Below the pieces are notes generated by a model. That model did no database searches. It saw only the letters and a program-made list of their open reading frames with translations, and had not been told where the DNA came from. Positions 17,332 through 26,200 of a stretch of DNA of 32,000 bases are shown here, in pieces. The stretch's first letter is position 1. Each line of letters opens with the position of its first letter. Source of the DNA: Edaphobacter aggregans. GTDB taxonomy: Bacteria; Acidobacteriota; Terriglobia; Terriglobales; Acidobacteriaceae. The position numbers and the translations under genes were made by a program. The DNA lies in NCBI RefSeq assembly GCF_003945235.1, contig NZ_RSDW01000001.1:4800001-4832000 (forward strand), in the 5' to 3' direction.

Positions 17332-17361
17332 TTGCTTAACGTCGCCTCGCCTCACTATATT
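17332..17361 (+). promoter_or_regulatory. sigma70-like promoter candidate, TTGCTT-N18-TATATT
   Basis: TTGCTT lies at 17332-17337 and TATATT at 17356-17361, only about 15 nt before the GH51 ATG. That would imply a very short leader. Confidence 0.25.
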
Positions 17362-17375
17362 GGTGGTCCTTACTT

Positions 17376-19511
17376 ATGGGCTTGATATTGACAACCGTTC
17401 CGCGGAAGCGGACTCTCCTCTTTCAAAGGTTGCTTCTTCTCAGCTTCTTTCTTCCAGCCATCGCGGCCTTGTCTCAGGCGCCTGCCATTACAGCTACTGT
17501 CGACGTTGCGAAGACAGGCGGGCCCATCTCCAAGAACATATATGGGCAGTTCCTTGAGCACGGCGGAGATATCGTTAATGCGGGCATCTGGTCGGAGATG
17601 CTTGTCGATCGGAAGTTCTTCTACCCGGTAGCGACTGTCGCGCCCACGCCTCCGCCCGCGATCGGTAATGCCGCGGGAAATCCCAGGTTTGAAAATATCC
17701 CCAAGCGCTGGTGGGCGCCTGTCGGCGGCGACAGCGCCGTCAGGATGGACAGCAAAGCTCCCTACACCGGCGACCAATCGCCGGCTGTGCGTCTCAGCCC
17801 ATCTGAGCCGCATGGCTTACGACAGTCGGGCCTTTTTGTTCGTAGCAAGAAAACGTATACCGGCCGCATCATTCTCGCGGGCACGCCGGGCACGGTCGTC
17901 AAGGTCGCACTGGTCGGGGGCAGCGGCGCTACCGGCCGCCAATCCATCACAATCCACACGCTTGGCTGGGGGTATCGCACCTATCCCCTGCGCTACACAG
18001 CCGACGCCGACAGCGACAACGCCACGCTCGAGATCACCGGCACCGGCACGGGCGAGTTTCACGTGGGTGCGGTGTCGCTGATGTCCGCGGACAACATCGA
18101 GGGGTTTCGCCCTGAGGTTATCGCCGTGCTCAAGCAGCTGCGCTTCGGCGTTCTGCGCTTCCCTGGCGGCAACTTTGTTTCTTCCTACGAGTGGCGCTAC
18201 GGGGTGGGTGATATCGACAAGCGGCCGCCCATCTTCGACCCTGTTTGGCACGCCTTGCAGCCGAATGACGTCGGCACCGATGAGTTCCTGACGCTGTGCA
18301 AACTGCTCGGCGTCGACCCGTATATCACAGTGAACGCCGGCTTCGGTGACGCTTGGTCAGCCCGCGAGCTGGTGGAGTATACCAACGGCGCGGTCACCAC
18401 CCCCATGGGCAAGTGGCGCGCGCAGAACGGCCACTCGACACCGTACAACGTCAAGCTGTGGGGCATCGGTAACGAGCCATGGGGCGACTACCAGATGGGC
18501 GCCATGGCGCTGCAGCAGTATGAAGTGAAGCACAACATCTTCGCCAAGGAGATGAGGAAGATCGACCCAACCATCATGCTGATTGCCGGCGGCGCCATGC
18601 CGGACGTGATGGAGGGCGCCGACCAGGCGCGCCGCATCAATGGGCAGTACGTGCCCGACTACCTGTCCGCGGCCGACTGGACAGGCCAGCTGCTCCTGCA
18701 CTGCCTGTCGAATATCGACATGGTGAGCGAGCACTACTATGCCTCCGGCACCGAGCACACCGACATGAAGCTGGGCAAGAAGGTGCCCATCGAGCCTCCA
18801 CTCTCCTTTATTGAATCGCAGCGTGCCGCCGCCGTGCAGGTGCGCGCCAAGTACGAGCACTACGAGAAGTACCTGGAACTCATCCCCGCGCTCAGGGCCA
18901 AGCCTGTTCCCATCGCCATCGACGAGTGGGCCTACTTCCTTCCCGGCAAGCGCGACTCTTACCACACCGTTCCGGCTTATGCCTGGGCGTTCCACGAGAT
19001 GTTCCGCCACTCCGACATCTTCCAGATGGCGAACCTCACCTTTGCTACGGCGACTTTCAGCTCCAACGGCACCGAGGCCGTGCTGAATCCGACTGGACTG
19101 TTGTTCAAGATGTACCGCGACCACTTCGGTGTAATCCCAGTGGAGGTAGGCGGCAACTCGCCGCAACCTAAACCCGCCTTCCCCGCGGGCGGCGACCAGC
19201 CTGCGGTCAACCCCGGTAGCCCAACTTATCCGCTGGATGTAAGCGCCGCTCTGAGCGGGGACCGCAAGACCCTGACCATCGCAGTGCTCAACCCGTCTGA
19301 CGCCGAGCATAGCATTCACCTGGACATCCAGGGTGCAGCGCTGGCCTCCGCCGGCAAGCTGTGGCGCATGGCGCCGAACTCCATCGATGCCACGGTCAAG
19401 GCCGGCTCGCCCGCCGAGGTGCAGGTGGAAGAACAGTCACTCGGCGCCCTGCCCGCCGCAGTCACGCTTCGCCCCTTCAGCGTCAACATCTACTCCTACC
19501 CCGTTCAGTAA
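17376..19511 (+). CDS. GH51-type alpha-L-arabinofuranosidase, exported
   Basis: The ORF is 711 aa with a signal peptide ending ALSQA. It carries YGQFLEH, RFPGGNFVSSYEW, WGIGNEPWG (acid/base Glu) and PIAIDEW (nucleophile region). Confidence 0.85.
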   Translation: MGLILTTVPRKRTLLFQRLLLLSFFLPAIAALSQAPAITATVDVAKTGGPISKNIYGQFLEHGGDIVNAGIWSEMLVDRKFFYPVATVAPTPPPAIGNAAGNPRFENIPKRWWAPVGGDSAVRMDSKAPYTGDQSPAVRLSPSEPHGLRQSGLFVRSKKTYTGRIILAGTPGTVVKVALVGGSGATGRQSITIHTLGWGYRTYPLRYTADADSDNATLEITGTGTGEFHVGAVSLMSADNIEGFRPEVIAVLKQLRFGVLRFPGGNFVSSYEWRYGVGDIDKRPPIFDPVWHALQPNDVGTDEFLTLCKLLGVDPYITVNAGFGDAWSARELVEYTNGAVTTPMGKWRAQNGHSTPYNVKLWGIGNEPWGDYQMGAMALQQYEVKHNIFAKEMRKIDPTIMLIAGGAMPDVMEGADQARRINGQYVPDYLSAADWTGQLLLHCLSNIDMVSEHYYASGTEHTDMKLGKKVPIEPPLSFIESQRAAAVQVRAKYEHYEKYLELIPALRAKPVPIAIDEWAYFLPGKRDSYHTVPAYAWAFHEMFRHSDIFQMANLTFATATFSSNGTEAVLNPTGLLFKMYRDHFGVIPVEVGGNSPQPKPAFPAGGDQPAVNPGSPTYPLDVSAALSGDRKTLTIAVLNPSDAEHSIHLDIQGAALASAGKLWRMAPNSIDATVKAGSPAEVQVEEQSLGALPAAVTLRPFSVNIYSYPVQ

Positions 19512-19527
19512 AGGTTTGTTCCCAGCC

Positions 19528-20655
19528 ATGCTCGAAGCCCGCAAGCTTTTCCTCCACGTCACTACGCTCCACGTCACCATGCTCGCCTCCATCTTATGGT
19601 GCGGCGCATCGCTCGCAGCGCAGGTACAAACTATCGTGCCGCCTCCGGTTCCAGGCGCCAGGCCCGTCACGGTGGAACGCATCAAGGTCCACAGCGCGGC
19701 CATCGAGGGCAACTTTGAGGGCGAGACGGCCGACCGCGACGTGATCGTCTTTCTACCGCCCAGCTACAAGCACGACACGGGGCGCCACTACCCGGTGTTG
19801 TACGCGCTGCACGGCTACTTCATCGGTGCCGAGCAGTGGACGGGCGAGATCCACGTGCCGCAGACCATCGAGGGCGCCATTGCGCAGGGCGCAGGGGAGA
19901 TGATCGTCGTCCTGCCCGACTCGAAGACCGTCTATCTCGGATCGTTCTATTCCAGTTCGGCCACCACAGGCGATTTCGAGCGCTTTATCTTCCACGACCT
20001 GGTGGCCTACATCGATGCGCACTACCGCACCTTGCCGACGCGCGAAAGCCGCGGCCTGGTGGGCCACTCCATGGGTGGCTACGGCGCCTCGCGTATCGGC
20101 ATGAAACACCCCGACGTGTTTGGCGCCCTGTACATGATGAGCCCTTGCTGCCTCTCGCCCATGACCGGCGGCGGGCCGGGGCCGGTCGACGATATGAAAC
20201 AGCGCGCAATCGATGGCGAAAAGAAAGCAGGCACGGCGAAGTCGCCGGCTGAACTCGCTGCCGTATCGCCCGGCTTTGCGGCCGCGCCGTATGCCACCGC
20301 GGCCGCGTGGGCGCCCGACCCGAAGAACCCGCCTCTTTACTTCGACCTGCCCACCAAGGACGGGGTTCCGCAACCGGAGATCGTCGCTAAGCTCACGGCC
20401 AATGCGCCGCTTGCCTTTGTGGACCAGTACATCGGCAATCTAAAGCAGTATCGCGCCATCTCGATGGACGTGGGCGACCAGGATGGACTGCGCGTCGATG
20501 CGACCAAACTGCATGAGATGCTTGACCGCTACGGCATCGTCAACACTTTTACGGTTTACCCCGGTAGCCACACCAGCGCCGTGGCGGATCGCTTCCAAAA
20601 CTTCGTAATGCCGTTCTTCAGCAAGAACCTTTGCTTCACCACCACCTGCAACTAG
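19528..20655 (+). CDS. exported alpha/beta-hydrolase esterase (PF00756-like, CE1-type candidate)
   Basis: The ATG at 19528 lies 17 nt after the GH51 stop. The signal peptide is MLASILWCGASLAAQ. YPVLYALHGY and the nucleophile elbow GHSMGGYGA are present. Confidence 0.85.
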   Translation: MLEARKLFLHVTTLHVTMLASILWCGASLAAQVQTIVPPPVPGARPVTVERIKVHSAAIEGNFEGETADRDVIVFLPPSYKHDTGRHYPVLYALHGYFIGAEQWTGEIHVPQTIEGAIAQGAGEMIVVLPDSKTVYLGSFYSSSATTGDFERFIFHDLVAYIDAHYRTLPTRESRGLVGHSMGGYGASRIGMKHPDVFGALYMMSPCCLSPMTGGGPGPVDDMKQRAIDGEKKAGTAKSPAELAAVSPGFAAAPYATAAAWAPDPKNPPLYFDLPTKDGVPQPEIVAKLTANAPLAFVDQYIGNLKQYRAISMDVGDQDGLRVDATKLHEMLDRYGIVNTFTVYPGSHTSAVADRFQNFVMPFFSKNLCFTTTCN

Positions 20656-20680
20656 AGTTCAGCAACACCCGGAGAATGCC

Positions 20681-23335
20681 ATGAAGCTTCATCTGAAACT
20701 GTCTCTCGCGTTCGCCGCCTTGTGCGCGGCAACGCTCGTGCCGGCTGGCGCGCAGCAGGACACGTCGCATATGCCGTTTATGAATCCGCAGCTTGCCCCG
20801 GAGGAACGCGCCACGGACCTGGTGCGTCGCATGACGCTCGCCGAAAAGGCATCGGAGATGCAGAACAACTCTGCCGCCGTGCCGCGCCTCAACATTCCGG
20901 CATACCAGTGGTGGAGCGAGGCTCTCCACGGCGTGATCAACGAGGGCGTAACCGAGTACCCAGAGCCGGTGGGCCTGGCCGCGACCTTTGACCCCGCAGG
21001 CATCCACACCATGGCGGCACAGATCGGTGTGGAAGGTCGCATCAAGCATGTGCAGAACCTGCGCGAGGGCCACATCGGCATCATGGGCGGGCTCGACTTT
21101 TGGTCGCCCAACCTGAACATCTTTCGCGATCCACGCTGGGGCCGTGGGCAGGAGACCTACGGCGAGGATCCCTTCCTGACCGGTCGCATGGGCGTGGCCT
21201 ATGTAACGGGCCTGCAGGGCGACAACCCCAAGTACTACTTGGGCATTGCCACCCCCAAGCACTTCGCCGTGCACAGCGGCCCTGAGCCGACCCGTCACTT
21301 TGCCGATGTCGACGTGAGCAGGCACGACGAGGTCGACACCTACCAGCCTGCCTTTCGCGCAGCCATTGTCGAGGGCAAGGCTGCCTCGGTGATGTGCGCC
21401 TACAACGCCATAAATGGCGAGCCGGCTTGCGCTAACCAGTACCTGCTGCAGGACCAGCTACGGGGCAAGTGGGGCTTCCAGGGCTATGTCGTGTCTGACT
21501 GCGACGCCGTGCGCGATGTAGCAGCGAATCATCGCTATCGGCCCACGCAAGCACAGGGCGCGGCGATCTCGGTGATCCGAGGCATGGACAACGAGTGCGT
21601 GACCTTCACCACACGCTTTGGCGAGCCTGTTGAGAAGGCCTACATCGATGCCGTGCAGCAGGGCTACCTGCCCGAAAGCACGCTCGATACCGCGCTGATA
21701 CGCCTGTTCACCGCACGCATCAAGCTCGGCATGTTTGACCCGCCCGCCATGGTGCCGTACTCGAGCATCGACGAGAGGGAGCTGGACAGCGCTGAGCATC
21801 GCGCCCACGCACGCAAGCTGGCCGAGGAGTCGATGGTGCTACTCAAGAACGATGGCCTGCTGCCGCTCAAGCCGGAGATCCGCAAGATCGCCGTGGTGGG
21901 CCCGCTGGCGGAGCAGACCCGGCCGCTCATCGGCAACTATGCGGGCCGCCCCACGCACATCGTCTCCATCCTTGACGGCCTGCACGCGCAGTTTCCCGGT
22001 GCCACCATCACCTACGTGCCCGGCATACAGTTTCTGCATCCCGATGGAACTCCCGTGCCCAACAACCTGCTTACTACCCCGGACGGCAACCCCGGGCTGC
22101 ATGCCGAGTATAACGAGGGCCGGCGCGGCTTTGACGATGTGCCTAAGAAGCTCGTGGAACGCACCGAGCCCAACATCAACCTGTCTAAGGCGACCCTGCC
22201 CAAGGAGGTCGCGGACAGGAAGCGCTTCGGCGTGCAGTGGACGGGGTTTCTCACGCCCCCGGAGACAGGCGAGTACCTGCTCGGCGTGCGCAGCCAGGGC
22301 TTTGCTCGCGTGAGGGTCGATGGCAAGCAGGTGGCTTCGGCCGGAGGCGGTGGTCACGACCTTGAGCCCGCCATGGGCCGAGTGAAGCTTGAGAAGGGCC
22401 GCAAGGTTGCACTCGAAATCTCCGGCGGCACGCAGGACGGCAACGCTCATGCTGAGCTGATCTGGAGCAAGTACGATCCCACGGTCTCGCCTGAAGCCGT
22501 TGCCGTCGCGCGCGATGCCGACTCGATTATCGCTGTGGTCGGCATCACCAGCCAGCTCGAAGGCGAAGAGATGCCCGTGAGCGAGCCGGGCTTCCTGGGC
22601 GGCGACCGCACCAGCATTGACCTGCCGCAGCCTGAAGAAGACCTGGTAGAAGCGGTGGCAGCGACAGGCAAGCCCCTCGCCGTGGTGCTGATGAACGGCA
22701 GCGCGTTGGCCGTGAACTGGATCAACGACCACGCAAACGCGGTACTTGAGGCTTGGTACCCCGGTGAAGAAGGCGGCGCTGCTGTGGCGGAAACGTTGAG
22801 CGGGAAGAACAACCCCGCGGGTAGGCTGCCGGTCACCTTCTACAAAGGTCTGGAGGGTCTACCGAACTTTGAAGATTACGCGATGGCGAACCGGACTTAC
22901 CGCTACTTCACCGGCAAGCCGCTCTACCCCTTCGGCTACGGCCTCAGCTACACCACGTTCGGCTACAGCGACCTCGTGCTTTCCTCCCCAACCGTTGCCG
23001 CCGGACAGCCCGTGGAGGCCGATGTCCTCGTGACCAACTCAGGCAAGCTCGCGGGGGACGAGGTTGTGCAGCTTTACCTGAAGTTCCCTGACGTTAAGGG
23101 AGCGCCGATCATGGCTCTTCGCAGCTTCGAACGCATCCACCTCGACCCGGGTGCAAGCCAGAAAGTTCATTTCCACCTCAACCCGCGTGACCTAGGCATG
23201 GTCACCGAGCTTGGCTCGCCCATCATCGCCGAGGGCGACTACAGCCTCAGCGTGGGCGGCGGGCAACCGGGAACCGGGAGCCCGGGGGTAAACGGCAAGT
23301 TCCACGTGACCGGCAATTACGCACTGCCCGAGTAG
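20681..23335 (+). CDS. GH3 beta-xylosidase/beta-glucosidase with PA14 insertion and Fn3-like C-terminus
   Basis: The ORF is 884 aa with a signal peptide and GGAGAA RBS. It carries WSEALHG, RDPRWGRGQETYGEDP, KHFAVHSGPE and VVSDCDAV. The PA14-like segment is GVQWTGFLTPPETGEYLLGVRSQGFARVRVDG, and the C-terminus has FGYGLSYT. Confidence 0.9.
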   Translation: MKLHLKLSLAFAALCAATLVPAGAQQDTSHMPFMNPQLAPEERATDLVRRMTLAEKASEMQNNSAAVPRLNIPAYQWWSEALHGVINEGVTEYPEPVGLAATFDPAGIHTMAAQIGVEGRIKHVQNLREGHIGIMGGLDFWSPNLNIFRDPRWGRGQETYGEDPFLTGRMGVAYVTGLQGDNPKYYLGIATPKHFAVHSGPEPTRHFADVDVSRHDEVDTYQPAFRAAIVEGKAASVMCAYNAINGEPACANQYLLQDQLRGKWGFQGYVVSDCDAVRDVAANHRYRPTQAQGAAISVIRGMDNECVTFTTRFGEPVEKAYIDAVQQGYLPESTLDTALIRLFTARIKLGMFDPPAMVPYSSIDERELDSAEHRAHARKLAEESMVLLKNDGLLPLKPEIRKIAVVGPLAEQTRPLIGNYAGRPTHIVSILDGLHAQFPGATITYVPGIQFLHPDGTPVPNNLLTTPDGNPGLHAEYNEGRRGFDDVPKKLVERTEPNINLSKATLPKEVADRKRFGVQWTGFLTPPETGEYLLGVRSQGFARVRVDGKQVASAGGGGHDLEPAMGRVKLEKGRKVALEISGGTQDGNAHAELIWSKYDPTVSPEAVAVARDADSIIAVVGITSQLEGEEMPVSEPGFLGGDRTSIDLPQPEEDLVEAVAATGKPLAVVLMNGSALAVNWINDHANAVLEAWYPGEEGGAAVAETLSGKNNPAGRLPVTFYKGLEGLPNFEDYAMANRTYRYFTGKPLYPFGYGLSYTTFGYSDLVLSSPTVAAGQPVEADVLVTNSGKLAGDEVVQLYLKFPDVKGAPIMALRSFERIHLDPGASQKVHFHLNPRDLGMVTELGSPIIAEGDYSLSVGGGQPGTGSPGVNGKFHVTGNYALPE

Positions 23336-23364
23336 TTCCGCACCGCCAGAAAGGAACGCACCCT

Positions 23365-25053
23365 GTGACCCGTACACCTGTTCTTACCCGTCGAGAAGCA
23401 CTGTTTCTTTCCGCCACAGCCGGTATCGCTGCTGCCACGCCGTCAACGCTGCTGGCCTCTGACAGCATCAAGACCGGCGTGCACCAGGAGCCTGGCTCCG
23501 TCTCCACGCCACGCTCCGCCATCGCCAAGACACAGTACGGCCCCGTCCGCGGATTCCTCTCTGGCGGTGTCTTTACCTTCAAAGGCGTGCCTTACGGCCA
23601 AAACTCTGGTGGTGAAAACCGCTGGCTCCCCCTCAAGCCGCCCACGCCCTGGACCGACGAGTACCCCGCCTTCAGCTACGGCGCCAACTGCCCGCAGTCC
23701 CTTCATCCCTGGACCGCAATCGAGCAAACCTTCATCCAAGACTGGGACGACGGCTGGCTGAGCGAGGACATGCTCAAGCTCAACATCTGGACGCCGTCGC
23801 TCTCGGGCTCCCGCCCGGTGATGGTGTACTACCACGGCGGCGGTTTCTCCTTCGGCTCGTCCTACGAGCTCCCGTCGCATGAAGGCGCACAGATGGCCCG
23901 CCACCACGACGTTGCGCAGGTCTCGGTCAATCACCGCCTCAACATCCTGGGCTTTTTCGACGCCTCGGAGATCGGCGGCTCGGCCTACGAGGACTCGGTC
24001 AACGTCGGTATGACGGACCTGGTCGACTCGCTCAAGTGGGTACGCGAGAATATAGCCAACTTCGGCGGCGACCCCGACCGCGTCATGATTTACGGGCAGT
24101 CCGGCGGCGGCTCCAAGGTCACCACGCTGCTCGGCATGCCCTCCGCTTCGGGCCTCATCCATCGCGCCGCGGCGCAGTCCGGCGGTGGCGGCAACATCCC
24201 CACGCGCGAGCAGCAGCGCGAGGTCGCACGCGTCATGATGAAGGACCTCGGCCTTGCGGCGAACGACATTGGCGCGCTTCAAAAGATGGGCTGGCCGAGC
24301 CTGATCGCCGCCGGCAATGCGGCCATCACCAAGGTCAACCCGCCGGGCCCTGCCTTCTTCGGTCCCGGCCTTCCGGGACATCCTCGCGCCGGCTGGACTC
24401 CCTCGGTCGACGGCAAGGTAATCACCATGCGCTCGTTCTTCGACGCCGCGCCGGACGTGAGCAAGAACGTTCCCATCCTCATCGGCTCGGTCTCGGAAGA
24501 GGGCAACAGCATGACTTCCATTCCTACTGAGGCCGAGTGGCATGCCGGCCTGGCGAAGACCTACGGCGAAGAAAAAGCAACCGCCATTGTGACAACCCTC
24601 AAGGCCAACTATCCCCACAAGCAAACCGCCACGCTGTCGTACATGTGCAGCGGTCGCCCAGGACTCAACGGCCTGTTCATGCGGAACAATGTCGTGAAGA
24701 TGTGCGGGCTCAAGCACGACCTCCATGCCGCCCCCGCCTACGCCTACTACTTCACCTGGCAAACGCCCCTGTTCGACGGCCGCCCCGGTGCTTGGCACAC
24801 GGCCGATCTGCAGTTCTGCTTTGACAACACCAAGCGCTGCGAACAGGGCACCGGCAATACACTTGAGGCGCAAGCCCTGGCGCGGAAAATGGCTGCGTCT
24901 TGGGCGGCGTTTGCCTCCATCGGCAAGCCCAGCGTCTCCGGCGTTGCATGGCAGCCGACCGACCCTGACATCAACCGCACCATGATCTTCGATAACGAAT
25001 GCCGCATGGTAAATGACCCGGACGGCAACGCGCGCAAGATCATCCTCGCTTGA
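23365..25053 (+). CDS. type-B carboxylesterase (COesterase family) with Tat-type signal
   Basis: The start is GTG with AAAGGAA upstream. The signal is TRREALFLSATAGIAAA. FKGVPYG, PVMVYYHGGGFSFGS and GQSGGG (nucleophile elbow) are present. Confidence 0.9.
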   Translation: MTRTPVLTRREALFLSATAGIAAATPSTLLASDSIKTGVHQEPGSVSTPRSAIAKTQYGPVRGFLSGGVFTFKGVPYGQNSGGENRWLPLKPPTPWTDEYPAFSYGANCPQSLHPWTAIEQTFIQDWDDGWLSEDMLKLNIWTPSLSGSRPVMVYYHGGGFSFGSSYELPSHEGAQMARHHDVAQVSVNHRLNILGFFDASEIGGSAYEDSVNVGMTDLVDSLKWVRENIANFGGDPDRVMIYGQSGGGSKVTTLLGMPSASGLIHRAAAQSGGGGNIPTREQQREVARVMMKDLGLAANDIGALQKMGWPSLIAAGNAAITKVNPPGPAFFGPGLPGHPRAGWTPSVDGKVITMRSFFDAAPDVSKNVPILIGSVSEEGNSMTSIPTEAEWHAGLAKTYGEEKATAIVTTLKANYPHKQTATLSYMCSGRPGLNGLFMRNNVVKMCGLKHDLHAAPAYAYYFTWQTPLFDGRPGAWHTADLQFCFDNTKRCEQGTGNTLEAQALARKMAASWAAFASIGKPSVSGVAWQPTDPDINRTMIFDNECRMVNDPDGNARKIILA

Positions 25054-25059
25054 AAGCTT

Positions 25060-25400
25060 TCGGCTTGCGGGGCCTGGCGTAGGCTCGCCGCGCTCCTTAA
25101 TAGCCCCGCCCAAGCGAGTTGAATGAAACACTCGGTAGGCACTTTGGCGGGACTCATGAGATACAACCCGCCGATGACTCCTTCTCGGCCGATAACTCCC
25201 ACCCCGACAGTGTCGCCATCGGAGTCCGAAGCCACAACGGACGCGAACCTGAATTGAGGAAGTGAGCGTATCGAAGAGGCTGGGCCGCCATGTACATCGA
25301 TGCGCGCAACGGGAGCTACACCTCTACACATTGACTGAGGAGCAGGTTGCGACTGAGTTTGGAAAAAGAAGAGCAAGCGCCCTAGCAAATGCGTGAACAA
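25060..25400 (-). pseudogene. Crp/Fnr-family regulator, N-terminal cNMP-binding fragment only
   Basis: FRFASVVASDSDGDTVGVGVIGREGVIGGLYLMSPAKVPTECFIQLAWAGL fits the cNMP-binding beta-roll pattern. The rest of the ORF (24747-25056) is antisense to the carboxylesterase gene, so the HTH half is missing. Confidence 0.5.
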
Positions 25401-25506
25401 TCACTGTTATCCACGCATCTTTGCGTTCATAAACCGAGACTTGAACCGCCGGATGGCCGCGAAGAAGCGAAACTGAACGAGCGCAAAATCGCCAAGTCAT
25501 TCATCG

Positions 25507-25557
25507 ACACTTCGAAAGTGTCCACATGGCCGCGTAGTCGACTACACGGCCATGTGG
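25507..25557. repeat. tandem palindromes: 6-bp hairpin plus a 36-bp near-perfect palindrome
   Basis: ACACTT-cga-AAGTGT lies at 25507-25521. CCACATGGCCGCGTAGTCGACTACACGGCCATGTGG at 25522-25557 has 17 of 18 positions self-complementary and no loop. Confidence 0.75.
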
Positions 25558-25648
25558 CGCTTCATATCGGCGATTATGCACCAATCCGAGGGTGCAATCA
25601 GATACTGATGGGGATACCGAAACGCCTTGAAGTTCGACTGTGTAAATT

Positions 25649-25786
25649 TTATTCAAAATGGTTGAGATCGGTGTCGGGTGCAGGTTGGACCAGTGCTCGA
25701 CACATTGCTACGATCTGGCCCTTGTGATGAAAGGCATGGGTCAGGACATGGTGAAGGATGAGCGCAGGAGCGCGGATGGCGACATA
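25649..25786 (-). pseudogene. DinB-superfamily C-terminal fragment
   Basis: The frame reads ILHHVLTHAFHHKGQIVAMCRALVQPAPDTDLNHFE*. This fits the H-x3-H-H-x-GQ ... R-x-L/G C-terminal motif of DinB/DUF664 proteins. Only about 45 codons remain. Confidence 0.45.
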
Positions 25787-25959
25787 TGGAAGCGGCTCAT
25801 TGCGTCGAGATAGGCCGTGAGTGCATCGCTGTGTCCTGCTTCGAGCTGCTCGATGAGGCTCTTCACGTTGGCAGCGATAACTTCTTTGGCGGTCTGCCGT
25901 GGCTGCGGCTGTTTAGGGTTTTCGCTGATGGGGGTAATGGTGCTGGTGGTTGTCTTCAT
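25787..25959 (-). pseudogene. ArdC-N-like (ssDNA-binding/antirestriction, conjugative-element type) N-terminal fragment
   Basis: The ATG at 25959 has AAGGAGG 7 nt upstream. LIEQLEAGHSDALTAYLDAMSRFH resembles the segment preceding the RFHxYSxxN motif, and the expected continuation is absent. Confidence 0.4.
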
Positions 25960-26200
25960 GGGTGTTTCCTCCTTGGCATTGGCCGTTATTTTTTCATGCC
26001 ATGCGTGGCATGCACCTACATGCCGAACGCCTCCTGGCGAAGGCGGGGGTAGCAAGGCGCAACGGGGAGGGGTATCTCCCACCCTTGGAGAGGGAGCCAC
26101 AGGCGGAACGAAAAGGGCGAAGCGCAGCGGAGGTCTGCACAAGCGCAGCGCGGAAGATTTGGGGAGCCCCCTTGCGCCGCGCGATCGGGGCAGCGCCCCG

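Noticed and set aside
18357-22732. Several long antisense ORFs inside the GH51, esterase and GH3 genes (18357..19319, 19753..20373, 20636..21325, 21839..22732).
   Set aside because: These are typical stop-poor antisense frames of GC-rich coding DNA. Composition is Arg/Ala/Gly/His-rich and no motif is recognisable. The sense strands have strong family signatures.
23443-25131. A 562-aa minus-strand ORF, the same length as the carboxylesterase gene.
   Set aside because: It is a mirror ORF of a high-GC gene. It is Arg/Gly/Ala-rich with no motifs, whereas the plus strand carries clear COesterase motifs.
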